A stretch of 14,823 bases of DNA from the NCBI GenBank assembly GCA_045617125.1, contig JAZLIA010000072.1, positions 1 to 14,823 of the forward strand, given 5' to 3'. Positions 1-7,895 of the stretch are shown here, one piece after another (positions within the stretch are counted from its first letter, which is position 1; the number at the start of each line of letters is the position of its first letter). The DNA comes from Clostridia bacterium. GTDB taxonomy: Bacteria > Bacillota > Clostridia > Christensenellales > Aristaeellaceae. The notes below the pieces were generated by a model that made no database searches, was not told where the DNA came from, and saw nothing but the letters and a program-made list of their open reading frames with translations. A program made the position numbers and the translations under genes.

Positions 1-55
1 TGTTGGGTTTTTAAAATGAGCTTAGTATCAGATAAGATGATCAGGCCTATGTTTT

Positions 56-331
56 TTAGCAGATAACTCCCCTCCAGCCAAGCATCATTTCCAATACGGT
101 ATTCTTTACTTTCTCGGTAAGGATGCCCTTTCGCCAAATAAAATCCGCTAAAGAATAGTAATAGTCGCACCACTCTTCCCTGTCCGATTCGCTGAACATC
201 TCCTTGCGAACGTATTCATCGATCTTCTGAAGAGCCGTTTCCACATCGTAATAATAAAAGGCTGCCTAATATTCACTCTTCAGGTCCCATGCCGTATCAT
301 TGCCGGTGATGCTTGTGCTCCAGGCTTCCAT
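56..331 (-). pseudogene. DUF4259-like small protein interrupted by an in-frame TAG (codon at 266-268). Track ORF 56..244 is the downstream fragment.
   Basis: On the minus strand, ATG at 331-329 sits 11 nt after a GGAG (343-346). It opens MEAWSTSITGNDTAWDLKSEY, then TAG, then the same frame continues AAFYYYDVETALQKIDEYVRK... to TAA at 58-56. The AW..I..ND.A.D start and the later W..LA...W..G.L...VK pattern resemble the DUF4259 family as I remember it. Confidence 0.45.
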
Positions 332-411
332 ATCGCAGCGAGCTCCTTTTATCTGAAATGATCCGTTATGAGAATTGCACTGTCATGGTTGGCGCATCCT
401 GGCTTTCATCA

Positions 412-2343
412 TTACTTTACCTGTACCTGCGCATTGCCGTTTGAAAGGTCGATCCCGAAAATCTGATACACGGCAGCAGGAATAGCCGGCCCATATTTAT
501 ACTGGAATTTCTCACAACCGATATCCGCGGCATTCATACCGCTGTAATTTCCCAGAACGAACTTGGGAAGGGAGTCATCAAAGCTTTCTGCCTGATACGG
601 AAGTCCAGTGCAGATCAGGGCAATACGCTCTGTTTTCGCAAGAGACAGAAGCTCCCTCGGTATCCTGTTCAGCCAGTGGGCTTCATCATGCATCACATCC
701 GCCAGCTGTTCGGAGCCAATGATGAGATAATCAGCCTTTTCAAGGCTTTCAAGCATTTCATCCGACAGCTCATCCAGCCCCTGATAGCTGAGCACCTCAG
801 CATTGAGCGATTTGCCGTTTTTTTCCATGCATTTGATCGCGTGCTGAACACTGCAGCACTCGTTTTCGTAGGGCATGAAGAAAACCGTGCGATGCTGGTC
901 ATTGGTTCCGAAGGCTTCAAACTCACCGCTGCACAGATATTTTACACAGGCATCCGCCAGGCGGCGTTCGATCTCTCTGTTTTCTATTCCTCCCACCAGT
1001 GTAGCCGCAGCTTGTTCGGCAGCATCAACGTCATAATGATAATCTGCATCCAGTATGCCGCAGTTGATCTTCATCTCAAGCACTCGAATAACGGCATCAT
1101 CAAGCCTTTTTTGCGAAAGCTCACCGCTGTCCAGTGCATTTTCGATCGTCTCATACAGTTCCTGCAGTAAAGGAACATCCAAAGCGGAACGAAGAATGAC
1201 CGGCATACACAGCATATCCGCACCGGCATCCAGTGCCATAACAGCGGCCTCGCTGGGACCGAAATGCATTGCAATGGCATCCATATCCATATCATCCGTA
1301 AGCACAACGCCTTTGAAATTCATATCCCCCTTCAGAATGTCCGTGATGATGCGTTTGGAAAGCGTGGCAGGAAGATAGATCGTCTCTCCGCTCTTCTTGG
1401 AAGTAAACCGAGTGTCATCCAGCGCAGGGAACTGAATATGAGCGGTCATGATCATGGGAATATTGCTGCTGATCAGCTTCCTGAAAGGCACGGCATCCCT
1501 GCTGAGCCATTCTTCCCTGCTGGCGCTTACAAGCGGGAGCCCGGTGTGGGAATCCGTCCCGGTATCACCGTGCCCCGGAAAATGCTTTGCACAGGCGATG
1601 ATCTGCTGGGATCGTATGCCCTTCGCCATCGCCTCCGCCATGTCCGCAGTGATATCAGGCGTCCCGGAGAAAGAGCGCATGCCGATAACAGGGTTCTCCG
1701 GATTGCTGTTGACATCCGCAACAGGGGCAAAATCGCAGTTGATCCCAACGGCTTTCAGCTCGCTTCCGAGAACCTGTCCTGCCTGATAGGCATTGTCAGT
1801 ATTTCCGGTAAAGCCAATGGCCATGCTGCCGCTGAGACAGGTGCCGCTTCCAAGCCTCGTCACACTGCCGCCCTCCTGATCAGCTCCGATCAGCAGGGGC
1901 AGATCACCGCCTGCCACGGCCGCCTGCTGAAGCTCATACGTAAGACGGGTAACAAGTTTCGTATCCGTGCAGTTTTCCCCGAAAAGGATGATGTTGCCGA
2001 TGTGATAGTCCGAAATGATCTCCCGTATCTCATCATTCAATTCGACAAGCGCTTTGGGCTCGGGCTCTGCCGGGGCTGTGACCTCGTTCGAGACCGCCAT
2101 ATCGGTGTTTTTTTCAGTTTGTTCTGCCTTGAAAGCATCTGCTTCCTCCCGCGTGGTCCATTTTCTGAAATCCATCAGAATGACCTGGCCGATCTTTTCT
2201 TCTGTGGACATTTTAGAGAGCAGCAGCCTGGCCCTTACCGCAGGGGTCCTGAGCAGAAACAGACCTGCCGCCACACACAGCACCACAACCAGAAGCAACA
2301 GTACGATCTTTCTTTTTATGTTCTTCTTATTCTTATCCATCAT
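412..2343 (-). CDS. nagZ: Glycoside hydrolase family 3 beta-N-acetylhexosaminidase (YbbD/NagZ-like, two-domain, membrane-anchored or secreted)
   Basis: 643-aa ORF with an N-terminal basic stretch and hydrophobic anchor (KRKIVLLLLVVVLCVAAGLFLL). GH3 motifs are present: GADQEGG and KHFPGHGDTGTDSH. Length and architecture match Bacillus YbbD-type NagZ. TAA stop. AGGA lies 11 nt upstream of the ATGATG start. Confidence 0.9.
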   Translation of the reverse strand: MMDKNKKNIKRKIVLLLLVVVLCVAAGLFLLRTPAVRARLLLSKMSTEEKIGQVILMDFRKWTTREEADAFKAEQTEKNTDMAVSNEVTAPAEPEPKALVELNDEIREIISDYHIGNIILFGENCTDTKLVTRLTYELQQAAVAGGDLPLLIGADQEGGSVTRLGSGTCLSGSMAIGFTGNTDNAYQAGQVLGSELKAVGINCDFAPVADVNSNPENPVIGMRSFSGTPDITADMAEAMAKGIRSQQIIACAKHFPGHGDTGTDSHTGLPLVSASREEWLSRDAVPFRKLISSNIPMIMTAHIQFPALDDTRFTSKKSGETIYLPATLSKRIITDILKGDMNFKGVVLTDDMDMDAIAMHFGPSEAAVMALDAGADMLCMPVILRSALDVPLLQELYETIENALDSGELSQKRLDDAVIRVLEMKINCGILDADYHYDVDAAEQAAATLVGGIENREIERRLADACVKYLCSGEFEAFGTNDQHRTVFFMPYENECCSVQHAIKCMEKNGKSLNAEVLSYQGLDELSDEMLESLEKADYLIIGSEQLADVMHDEAHWLNRIPRELLSLAKTERIALICTGLPYQAESFDDSLPKFVLGNYSGMNAADIGCEKFQYKYGPAIPAAVYQIFGIDLSNGNAQVQVK

Positions 2344-2399
2344 GCACTATCTCATCCTTCTATTTTTCAACCAATATGATCATCAAGCATTGCAGATTG

Positions 2400-2428
2400 A
2401 TTATAGCAATCAATACTCAAAATGTCAA
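2400..2428 (-). promoter_or_regulatory. Consensus sigma-A (sigma-70) promoter for the GH3 gene
   Basis: The minus strand reads TTGACA (2428-2423), a 17-nt spacer, then TATAAT (2405-2400), with TGc immediately upstream of the -10 (extended -10). It sits about 57 nt upstream of the GH3 ATG. Confidence 0.6.
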
Positions 2429-2441
2429 AAAAGAACAGATC

Positions 2442-2696
2442 CTATTTCTTTCGGTTATCCATATACTCATGTGTCAGAATATCCTTAAGAACAAGCATGG
2501 CGTCAAGATCGGAATAACCGTATTCATCGTGAAGTTTCGTAAGAAGCCTTCTGATCTCACATGCATAAGCCGGGATATCCACTTCAGACTGATAGGTCTT
2601 CAGAACAGGATACTTACCGCTCCAGGCTTTTGTCCAGTCCGTTTTTTCGACATTTTCTTCCGTTGTGTCCTTTATGATATCTTCAATCGTTTTCAT
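2442..2696 (-). CDS. Hypothetical small acidic protein (84 aa from ATG 2696, or 95 aa if GTG 2729 is used)
   Basis: Open frame MKTIEDIIKDTTEENVEKTDW...HEYMDNRKK with GGAGGAAGAGG upstream of ATG 2696. The alternative GTG at 2729 is preceded by GGGAGA. It has its own promoter-like element and no signal peptide or TM segment. I recognise no family. Confidence 0.5.
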   Translation of the reverse strand: MKTIEDIIKDTTEENVEKTDWTKAWSGKYPVLKTYQSEVDIPAYACEIRRLLTKLHDEYGYSDLDAMLVLKDILTHEYMDNRKK

Positions 2697-2791
2697 TGCT
2701 GCCTTACCTCTTCCTCCGTTTCCTATCACTCATGTCTCCCTGTGCTGTTCACTTTCAAAACAAGGAGATCTGTCCCCTGACATTCAAGAAC

Positions 2792-2820
2792 ATTGTAGCG
2801 TCTCATTTTTAAGAAATCAA
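2792..2820 (-). promoter_or_regulatory. Sigma-A-like promoter for the small hypothetical gene
   Basis: The minus strand reads TTGATT (2820-2815), a 17-nt spacer, then TACAAT (2797-2792). It lies just downstream of the ppdK terminators. Confidence 0.45.
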
Positions 2821-2868
2821 GACGTCTCCGAACCTCAACAGGACCACCGGTTGCGGAATTGAAGCGAC

Positions 2869-2897
2869 AAAAAATTGCAGCCGCTTCGGCACGGCAA
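2869..2897 (-). terminator. Second (distal) intrinsic terminator candidate after ppdK
   Basis: Minus-strand hairpin TTGCCGTGCCGAAGCGGCTGCAA (two 4-bp GC-rich helices around a small internal loop, 3-nt loop), followed directly by TTTTTT (2874-2869). Confidence 0.4.
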
Positions 2898-2900
2898 GTT

Positions 2901-2944
2901 AAAAGAAGCCATTAACCAGGCTAATCACCTGATCAATGGCTTCT
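2901..2944 (-). terminator. Intrinsic terminator candidate downstream of ppdK
   Basis: Perfect 10-bp stem AGAAGCCATT (2904-2913) / AATGGCTTCT (2935-2944), extended by an interrupted CAGG/CCTG helix with a 7-nt loop. On the minus strand it is followed by a short TTTT run. It sits 74 nt after the ppdK stop. Confidence 0.5.
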
Positions 2945-3017
2945 CTGATTACTTATTTACAGTCCTCCTCGAAAGCGGTCCATTTTCCGATAGAAAACGT
3001 GTAAACCTTATAGGAAT

Positions 3018-5663
3018 TTAAGCATTCGCACTATCCTTGATCGCGGCCTGAGCAGCAGCCAGACGGGCGATAGGAACACGGAACGGGCTGCAGGACACAT
3101 AGTCCAGGCCGATCTTGTGGCAGAATTCCACGGAGGAAGGATCGCCGCCGTGTTCGCCGCAAATGCCGACATGCAGCTTGGGATTGACGGGACGGCCCAG
3201 TTCGATGGCCATGTTCATCAGCTTGCCAACGCCGGTCTGGTCCAGACGGGCGAAGGGATCAGATTCGAAGATCTTGGTGTCATAATAGGCGCCCAGGAAC
3301 TTGCCGGCATCGTCACGGCTGAAACCGAAGGTCATCTGGGTGAGGTCGTTAGTGCCGAAGCAGAAGAAGTCGGCTTCCTTGGCGATCTCATCAGCAGTCA
3401 GCGCGGCGCGCGGGATCTCGATCATGGTGCCCACTTCGTATTCAAGCTTCACGTCAGAAGCAGCGATCTCGGCATCGGCGGTTTCCACGACCACGTTCTT
3501 GACAAACTTGAGTTCCTTGATCTCGCAAACGAGGGGAATCATGATCTCAGGCTTGATGTCCCAATCGGGATGAGCCTTCTTCACGTTGATGGCGGCACGG
3601 ATCACGGCTTTGGTCTGCATCTTGGCGATCTCAGGATAGGTGACAGCCAGACGGCATCCGCGGTGACCCATCATGGGGTTGAACTCATGCAGTGAAGCGA
3701 TGAGGGTCTTGATGCTCTCAACAGACTTACCCTGGGTCTTCGCCAGAAGCTCGATCTCTTCTTCCGTGGTAGGAACGAATTCATGGAGAGGAGGATCCAG
3801 GAAGCGGATGCATACGGGATATCCTTCCAGAGCTTCGTAAAGCTTTTCAAAGTCGCTCTGCTGATAAGGCAGGATCTTGTCCAGAGCCACTTCGCGCTCT
3901 TCAACGGTGTCGGCGCAGATCATCTCGCGGAACGCGGCGATGCGGTCGGCTTCGAAGAACATATGCTCCGTGCGGCACAGGCCGATGCCTTCAGCGCCCA
4001 GCTCACGGGCCTTCTTGGCGTCACGGGGAGTATCCGCATTGGTGCGGACCTTCAGCTTGCGATACTTGTCGGCCCAGGCCATGATGCGGCCGAATTCGCC
4101 GGCGATGGTGGCATCCACGGTGGGAATGATGCCGTCATAGATCTTGCCGGTGGTGCCGTCGATAGAGAGGAAGTCGCCCTCATGGAAGGTCTTTCCAGCC
4201 AGAGTGAACTGCTTGTTTTCTTCATCCATCGCGATGTCGCCGCAGCCGGATACGCAGCACTTGCCCATGCCGCGGGCCACAACGGCAGCGTGAGAAGTCA
4301 TACCGCCGCGAACGGTCAGGATGCCCTGAGCGCTCTTCATGCCGGTGATGTCTTCAGGAGAGGTTTCCAGACGGACCAAAAGCACCTTTTCGCCACGGTT
4401 GGCCCATTCTTCAGTGTCTTCAGCGGTGAAGACGATCTTGCCGCAGGCAGCTCCGGGAGAAGCGCCCAGGCCCTTGCCGATCGCTTCAGCCTTTTTCAGC
4501 ACGGCAGCGTCGAACTGGGGATGCAGCAAGGTGTCCAGGTTGCGGGGGTCGATCATCGCGACGGCTTCGGCTTCGGTCTTCATGCCTTCGTCCACCAGGT
4601 CGCAGGCGATCTTCAGAGCAGCCTGAGCGGTACGCTTGCCGTTGCGGCACTGCAGCATGTACAGCTTGCCGTTTTCAACGGTGAATTCCATATCCTGCAT
4701 ATCGTGATAGCGGTCTTCCAGGATCTGGCACACCTTCACGAACTCTTTGTAGGCCTCGGGGAACTTCTGTTCCATCTCGTTGATGGGCATGGGGGTGCGC
4801 ACGCCGGCGACCACGTCTTCGCCCTGAGCATTGAACAGGAATTCGCCCATCAGCTTCTTTTCGCCGGTGGCGGGGTCACGGGTGAAGGCAACGCCGGTAC
4901 CGGAATTGTCGTTCAGGTTGCCGAACACCATGGGCATAACGTTGACAGCGGTGCCCCAGGAATAGGGGATATCATTGTCGCGGCGATACACATTGGCGCG
5001 GGGGTTGTCCCAGCTGCGGAACACGGCACGGATGGCGCCGTCCAGCTGCACGAGAGGATCGGAGGGGAAATCTTCACCGATCTTGGACTTGTATTCGGCC
5101 TTGAAGCTCTGCGCCAGATCCTTCAGATCGTCAGCGGTTAATTCCACGTCGAACTGAACGCCCTTTTCAGCCTTCTTTTCGTCGATCAGCTGTTCAAAAT
5201 ACTTTTTGCCCACTTCCATAACGACGTCGGAATACATCTGGATGAAGCGGCGATAGGAGTCATACACAAAGCGCTCGAACTTGGGATCAGGATTGCCCTT
5301 GATCATCGCGGCGCAAACTTCGTCATTAAGACCCAGGTTCAGAATGGTATCCATCATGCCGGGCATGGAAGCACGGGCGCCGGAACGAACGGAAACCAGC
5401 AGGGGGTTGTTCAGGTCGCCGAACTTCTTGCCGTTGATCTTTTCCATTTCGGCAATGTTCTTCTTGATTTCGGCCATGATATCATCATTGATGGTGCGGC
5501 CGTCCTCGTAGTACTGAGTGCAGGCTTCGGTGGTGATGGTGAAGCCCTGGGGCACAGGAAGACCGATGTTGGTCATTTCAGCCAGGTTGGCACCCTTGCC
5601 GCCGAGCAGCTCACGCATGTTGGCATTGCCTTCGGTAAACAGATAGACATACTTTTTCGCCAT
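3018..5663 (-). CDS. ppdK: Pyruvate, phosphate dikinase
   Basis: 881-aa ORF. The N-terminus is MAKKYVYLFTEGN..LLGGKGANLAEM. The phosphohistidine motif GGMTSHAAVVARGMG and the C-terminal GICGEHGGDPSS and RLAAAQAA are present. It is colinear with Clostridium symbiosum-type PPDK as I recall it. GGAG lies 7 nt upstream of ATG 5663. TAA stop. Confidence 0.97.
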   Translation of the reverse strand: MAKKYVYLFTEGNANMRELLGGKGANLAEMTNIGLPVPQGFTITTEACTQYYEDGRTINDDIMAEIKKNIAEMEKINGKKFGDLNNPLLVSVRSGARASMPGMMDTILNLGLNDEVCAAMIKGNPDPKFERFVYDSYRRFIQMYSDVVMEVGKKYFEQLIDEKKAEKGVQFDVELTADDLKDLAQSFKAEYKSKIGEDFPSDPLVQLDGAIRAVFRSWDNPRANVYRRDNDIPYSWGTAVNVMPMVFGNLNDNSGTGVAFTRDPATGEKKLMGEFLFNAQGEDVVAGVRTPMPINEMEQKFPEAYKEFVKVCQILEDRYHDMQDMEFTVENGKLYMLQCRNGKRTAQAALKIACDLVDEGMKTEAEAVAMIDPRNLDTLLHPQFDAAVLKKAEAIGKGLGASPGAACGKIVFTAEDTEEWANRGEKVLLVRLETSPEDITGMKSAQGILTVRGGMTSHAAVVARGMGKCCVSGCGDIAMDEENKQFTLAGKTFHEGDFLSIDGTTGKIYDGIIPTVDATIAGEFGRIMAWADKYRKLKVRTNADTPRDAKKARELGAEGIGLCRTEHMFFEADRIAAFREMICADTVEEREVALDKILPYQQSDFEKLYEALEGYPVCIRFLDPPLHEFVPTTEEEIELLAKTQGKSVESIKTLIASLHEFNPMMGHRGCRLAVTYPEIAKMQTKAVIRAAINVKKAHPDWDIKPEIMIPLVCEIKELKFVKNVVVETADAEIAASDVKLEYEVGTMIEIPRAALTADEIAKEADFFCFGTNDLTQMTFGFSRDDAGKFLGAYYDTKIFESDPFARLDQTGVGKLMNMAIELGRPVNPKLHVGICGEHGGDPSSVEFCHKIGLDYVSCSPFRVPIARLAAAQAAIKDSANA

Positions 5664-5725
5664 GGGATATCTCCTTTCGGATTTTTGATCAGAAATTCAC
5701 AACAGCCTCCGGGTTTTTCCGACAG

Positions 5726-5745
5726 CTGAAATGCAGCCATTTCAG
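5726..5745 (-). promoter_or_regulatory. 5'-proximal stem-loop in the predicted ppdK leader
   Basis: Perfect 8-bp stem CTGAAATG/CATTTCAG with a 4-nt loop. It starts about 6 nt downstream of the transcription start predicted from the 5759-5787 promoter. Confidence 0.35.
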
Positions 5746-5758
5746 GCACATTCGATTT

Positions 5759-5787
5759 ATTATACAATAGTTTTTTTCTGATGGCAA
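5759..5787 (-). promoter_or_regulatory. Sigma-A-like promoter for ppdK
   Basis: The minus strand reads TTGCCA (5787-5782), a 17-nt spacer, then TATAAT (5764-5759), about 95 nt upstream of the ppdK ATG. Confidence 0.55.
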
Positions 5788-5883
5788 GAGTAAATAAGCC
5801 GCTTTTCAGCTCTCCCTGCCCTGTTTTCACGTTTATACGGGCCTTTTTCAGCAAAATGCAGTTTGGGGTCTTCCCTTCCCTGT

Positions 5884-6312
5884 TCATTTGTTGATAAAGT
5901 ACAGCCCCACCAGGCAGATCACGACCCCCACCACTCTGGTCCAGGTGATCTTTTCGCCATAGAGCAGCAGCCCGACAAACAGCAGTATCACCGCCAGCAC
6001 TGCTCCCTGCACCAATTGAGCGGTACTCACCGGCCATCCTGCACGGAAGGCGAAAATGTAGCCCACCTCCAGCCCCACGATCACAAGCCCCAGCACAAAA
6101 GGAGCCCAGTTGAGCCGGGAATATTCACGGGCAAGGTTCGGTTCCTTTTCAAGAAGAAAATACAGCAATAGCGAAACGCCCGCCCCCACCAGGTAGGTCA
6201 CAGTCAGCGAAGCCAGAGGGCTCATTTCCTCCGGGCAGGAATGAGTGCAGATCTGATATACGGTGTTGGAAAGGATCACAAGCGCGATAGGCCAGATATA
6301 CCCAAAGCTCAT
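5884..6312 (-). CDS. Small single-domain EamA/DMT-superfamily membrane protein (about 5 TM segments)
   Basis: 142-aa highly hydrophobic ORF with about five predicted helices (IWPIALVILSNTVYQI, LTVTYLVGAGVSLLLYFLL, WAPFVLGLVIVGLEVGYIFAF, QGAVLAVILLFVGLLLYG, VVGVVICLVGLYFI). Its ATG overlaps the upstream gene's TGA (ATGA at 6312-6309). AAGGA lies 6 nt upstream. Confidence 0.75.
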   Translation of the reverse strand: MSFGYIWPIALVILSNTVYQICTHSCPEEMSPLASLTVTYLVGAGVSLLLYFLLEKEPNLAREYSRLNWAPFVLGLVIVGLEVGYIFAFRAGWPVSTAQLVQGAVLAVILLFVGLLLYGEKITWTRVVGVVICLVGLYFINK

Positions 6313-7544
6313 TTTGCATCCTTCCGCCTGCGAAGAAGATATTCATCCAGCTCCTTCTTCACACCGTCCGGCATATCGCGGGAAACCGGGCAGAAGGCCG
6401 CGCAGGCCATGCGCTCTGTAAACGCGCTGATAAAGGAAATATCCCGCAGCATCTGTTCCGGGCTCACCAGTTCCGTCACATCATAACGGGTGTGGATCGT
6501 GGACTGGCTGGGCGGAGCCAGCCTTGCAAAGGACAGGGCGGGCACACCGGCATCGGCAAAGGGAGTGGAATCGCTGGAATACACCCCGTTCCGTGCCTTG
6601 ATCCCAAAGCCCAGTTCGGCAGCCATATATTCGATATAGTGCACCAGCTTTTCCTCCGCGCTGACACACGCGATGAAACGGCCCATATAGGTGCCCAGCA
6701 TATCCAGGTTGATGTTGAGAAGAACCTTATCCAGTTCATCCTTGTGAGCCTTCACATAGGCTTTGCTGCCGAGCAGACCGCGTTCCTCACTGCCGCAGAA
6801 CACGAAGCGCAGGGAATAATGCGGCTTGAGCTCCATCATTCTTTCCATCACGCCCAGCAATCCGATGCAGCCGGTCAGGTTGTCATAGCTGCCTCTGGAA
6901 AGCGGAGTGGTATCATAATGCGCGGAAAGCACGATGCATTCCTCAGATTCGCCGGGGATCTCTGCCACAGTGTTCCGGGATTCACCCTCAAATTCATCCT
7001 GCTTCACCGTGATGCGGGCCGTGGTCGGGGCCGCTTCCACAATACGGCGGGCCGTTTTCGCATTGATGTTCACACCCAGGATCTTGTTTCCCAGGGACAC
7101 ATGTGGTCTGAGCTCCTTATGATCAATATCCTCATCCGCAAAAAGGATGTTTCCGTCATAGGTGATGAACCCGACAGCCCCATGATCCAGCAGGTCCTGA
7201 TACAGAAAGCGGCCCATGCCGGTATCCAGCATCACGATCTTCCCCTTCACCCTGCTCAGGGACGCCTTGTCCGTATCCGGAAGATAGAGAAAAGGAGCTT
7301 CCACCTCGCCCGAGCCGCACAGCTTGTAGCCCTTGCAGGGAACCTCTTCACCGTCCAGGAAAAGGTGAGCTTCATGCACCTTTGCCATTTCCACCGGGAA
7401 AGGCTCGATCCAGGCCTGCACACCGGTTTCCAGGCAGCAGTCCCTCAGGTATTCGGCCACCTTCATTTCTTCCGGGGTACCGGAGGTGTGCACGAAAAAG
7501 TTGTCCTTCATAATGCGCGTGATCTTTTCCGGTTTCATCTTCAT
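6309..7544 (-). CDS. M28-family zinc aminopeptidase with a PA-like insert, apparently cytoplasmic
   Basis: 411-aa ORF with an M28 metal-ligand pattern: SAHYDT, YDNLTG, CGSEERGLLGS, NLDMLG, IHTRYD. No signal peptide. GGGAGGAA lies upstream. ATG 7538 (third codon) has better SD spacing (8 nt) than ATG 7544 (2 nt). Confidence 0.85.
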   Translation of the reverse strand: MKMKPEKITRIMKDNFFVHTSGTPEEMKVAEYLRDCCLETGVQAWIEPFPVEMAKVHEAHLFLDGEEVPCKGYKLCGSGEVEAPFLYLPDTDKASLSRVKGKIVMLDTGMGRFLYQDLLDHGAVGFITYDGNILFADEDIDHKELRPHVSLGNKILGVNINAKTARRIVEAAPTTARITVKQDEFEGESRNTVAEIPGESEECIVLSAHYDTTPLSRGSYDNLTGCIGLLGVMERMMELKPHYSLRFVFCGSEERGLLGSKAYVKAHKDELDKVLLNINLDMLGTYMGRFIACVSAEEKLVHYIEYMAAELGFGIKARNGVYSSDSTPFADAGVPALSFARLAPPSQSTIHTRYDVTELVSPEQMLRDISFISAFTERMACAAFCPVSRDMPDGVKKELDEYLLRRRKDAK

Positions 7545-7583
7545 TTCCTCCCTGCTTTGAATGATTTATTGATATCACAAGGC

Positions 7584-7883
7584 TTACACCAGCTCGATCT
7601 TCTTGTGTTCGCGGCTCTCGCGGTAGATGGAGAAACGGTTGCCAATGCACTGCACCGGCGCTGCATGCACCTGATCACACAGGGCCTGGCAGGCTTCCCT
7701 TGCCGTCATTTCGCATTCGCGCTGCACCGCGCATTTGATCAGCTCCCTGGCTTCCAGAGCATCCCAGGTTTCCTTGATTACCGCGGGTGTGATCCCGTTT
7801 TTACCAATATACAGCACCACGGGAAGCGTGTTGCACATGGAGCGCAGAAACGCCCTCTGCTTGTTTGTGATCTCCAGCATCAT
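7584..7883 (-). CDS. yhbY: YhbY-type CRM-domain RNA-binding protein (ribosome assembly)
   Basis: 99-aa ORF. KQRAFLRS...VVLYIGKNGIT...ALEARELIKC matches the YhbY/CRM fold signature including the GxxG loop. GAGGTGA lies 7 nt upstream. It starts 12 nt after the obg stop. Confidence 0.85.
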   Translation of the reverse strand: MMLEITNKQRAFLRSMCNTLPVVLYIGKNGITPAVIKETWDALEARELIKCAVQRECEMTAREACQALCDQVHAAPVQCIGNRFSIYRESREHKKIELV

Positions 7884-7895
7884 ATTTCATTCACC

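Noticed and set aside
266-268. The in-frame TAG as evidence for pyrrolysine or a reassigned amber codon.
   Set aside because: TAG terminates the ylmH-like gene at 10001-10003 at the expected protein end. No other conserved gene in the window carries an internal TAG, and no pyl genes are visible here. Nonsense mutation or sequence error is the simpler reading, and this is kept as a finding only in that sense.
1264-2379. A 371-aa plus-strand ORF antisense to the GH3 gene. The smaller overlapping plus ORFs at 676-1170 and 2015-2488 belong to the same class.
   Set aside because: It is a mirror frame of the GH3 gene (both coordinates are 1 mod 3) and would run through the GH3 start and its promoter. 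The minus-strand GH3 motifs (GADQEGG, KHFPGHGDT) settle which strand is coding.
2376-2780. A 134-aa plus-strand ORF overlapping the small hypothetical gene and the GH3 promoter.
   Set aside because: There is no SD before ATG 2376. The product is Cys/Phe/Ile/Arg-rich, which is typical of the antisense of a Lys/Glu/Asp-rich gene, and it crosses a consensus minus-strand promoter. The minus-strand ORF has an SD and a promoter, so I called that one, though only at moderate confidence.
2821-2829. The 9-mer GGAGACGTC occurs on the minus strand here and on the plus strand at 11756-11764 (the -10 part of the ECF promoter candidate). This suggested a second ECF-dependent promoter in front of the small ORF.
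   Set aside because: The sequence 17 nt upstream of this copy (TGGTCC region) bears no resemblance to the TGAAAT -35 element. GACGTC is itself a palindrome, and a single shared 9-mer in about 30 kb of two-strand sequence is not far from chance.
3783-5141. A 452-aa plus-strand ORF antisense to ppdK.
   Set aside because: It is the same mirror-frame artefact. Both 3783 and the ppdK boundary 3018 are 0 mod 3. ppdK identity is certain, and the antisense translation is low-complexity.
5788-5883. The 96-nt stretch after the EamA gene contains repeated TTTTCAGC and AAATGCAG words. I considered it as a terminator or a small structured RNA.
   Set aside because: Only 3-5-bp helices with long loops can be drawn, and no stem is followed by a T-run. 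The repeats are short (8 nt) and imperfect in context. I could not support any RNA element, and read-through into the ppdK promoter region seems as likely.
5573-6037. A 154-aa minus-strand ORF bridging the ppdK start, the intergenic region and the 3' end of the EamA gene.
   Set aside because: It is out of frame with both well-supported genes, runs straight through the ppdK promoter and leader, and has no SD.
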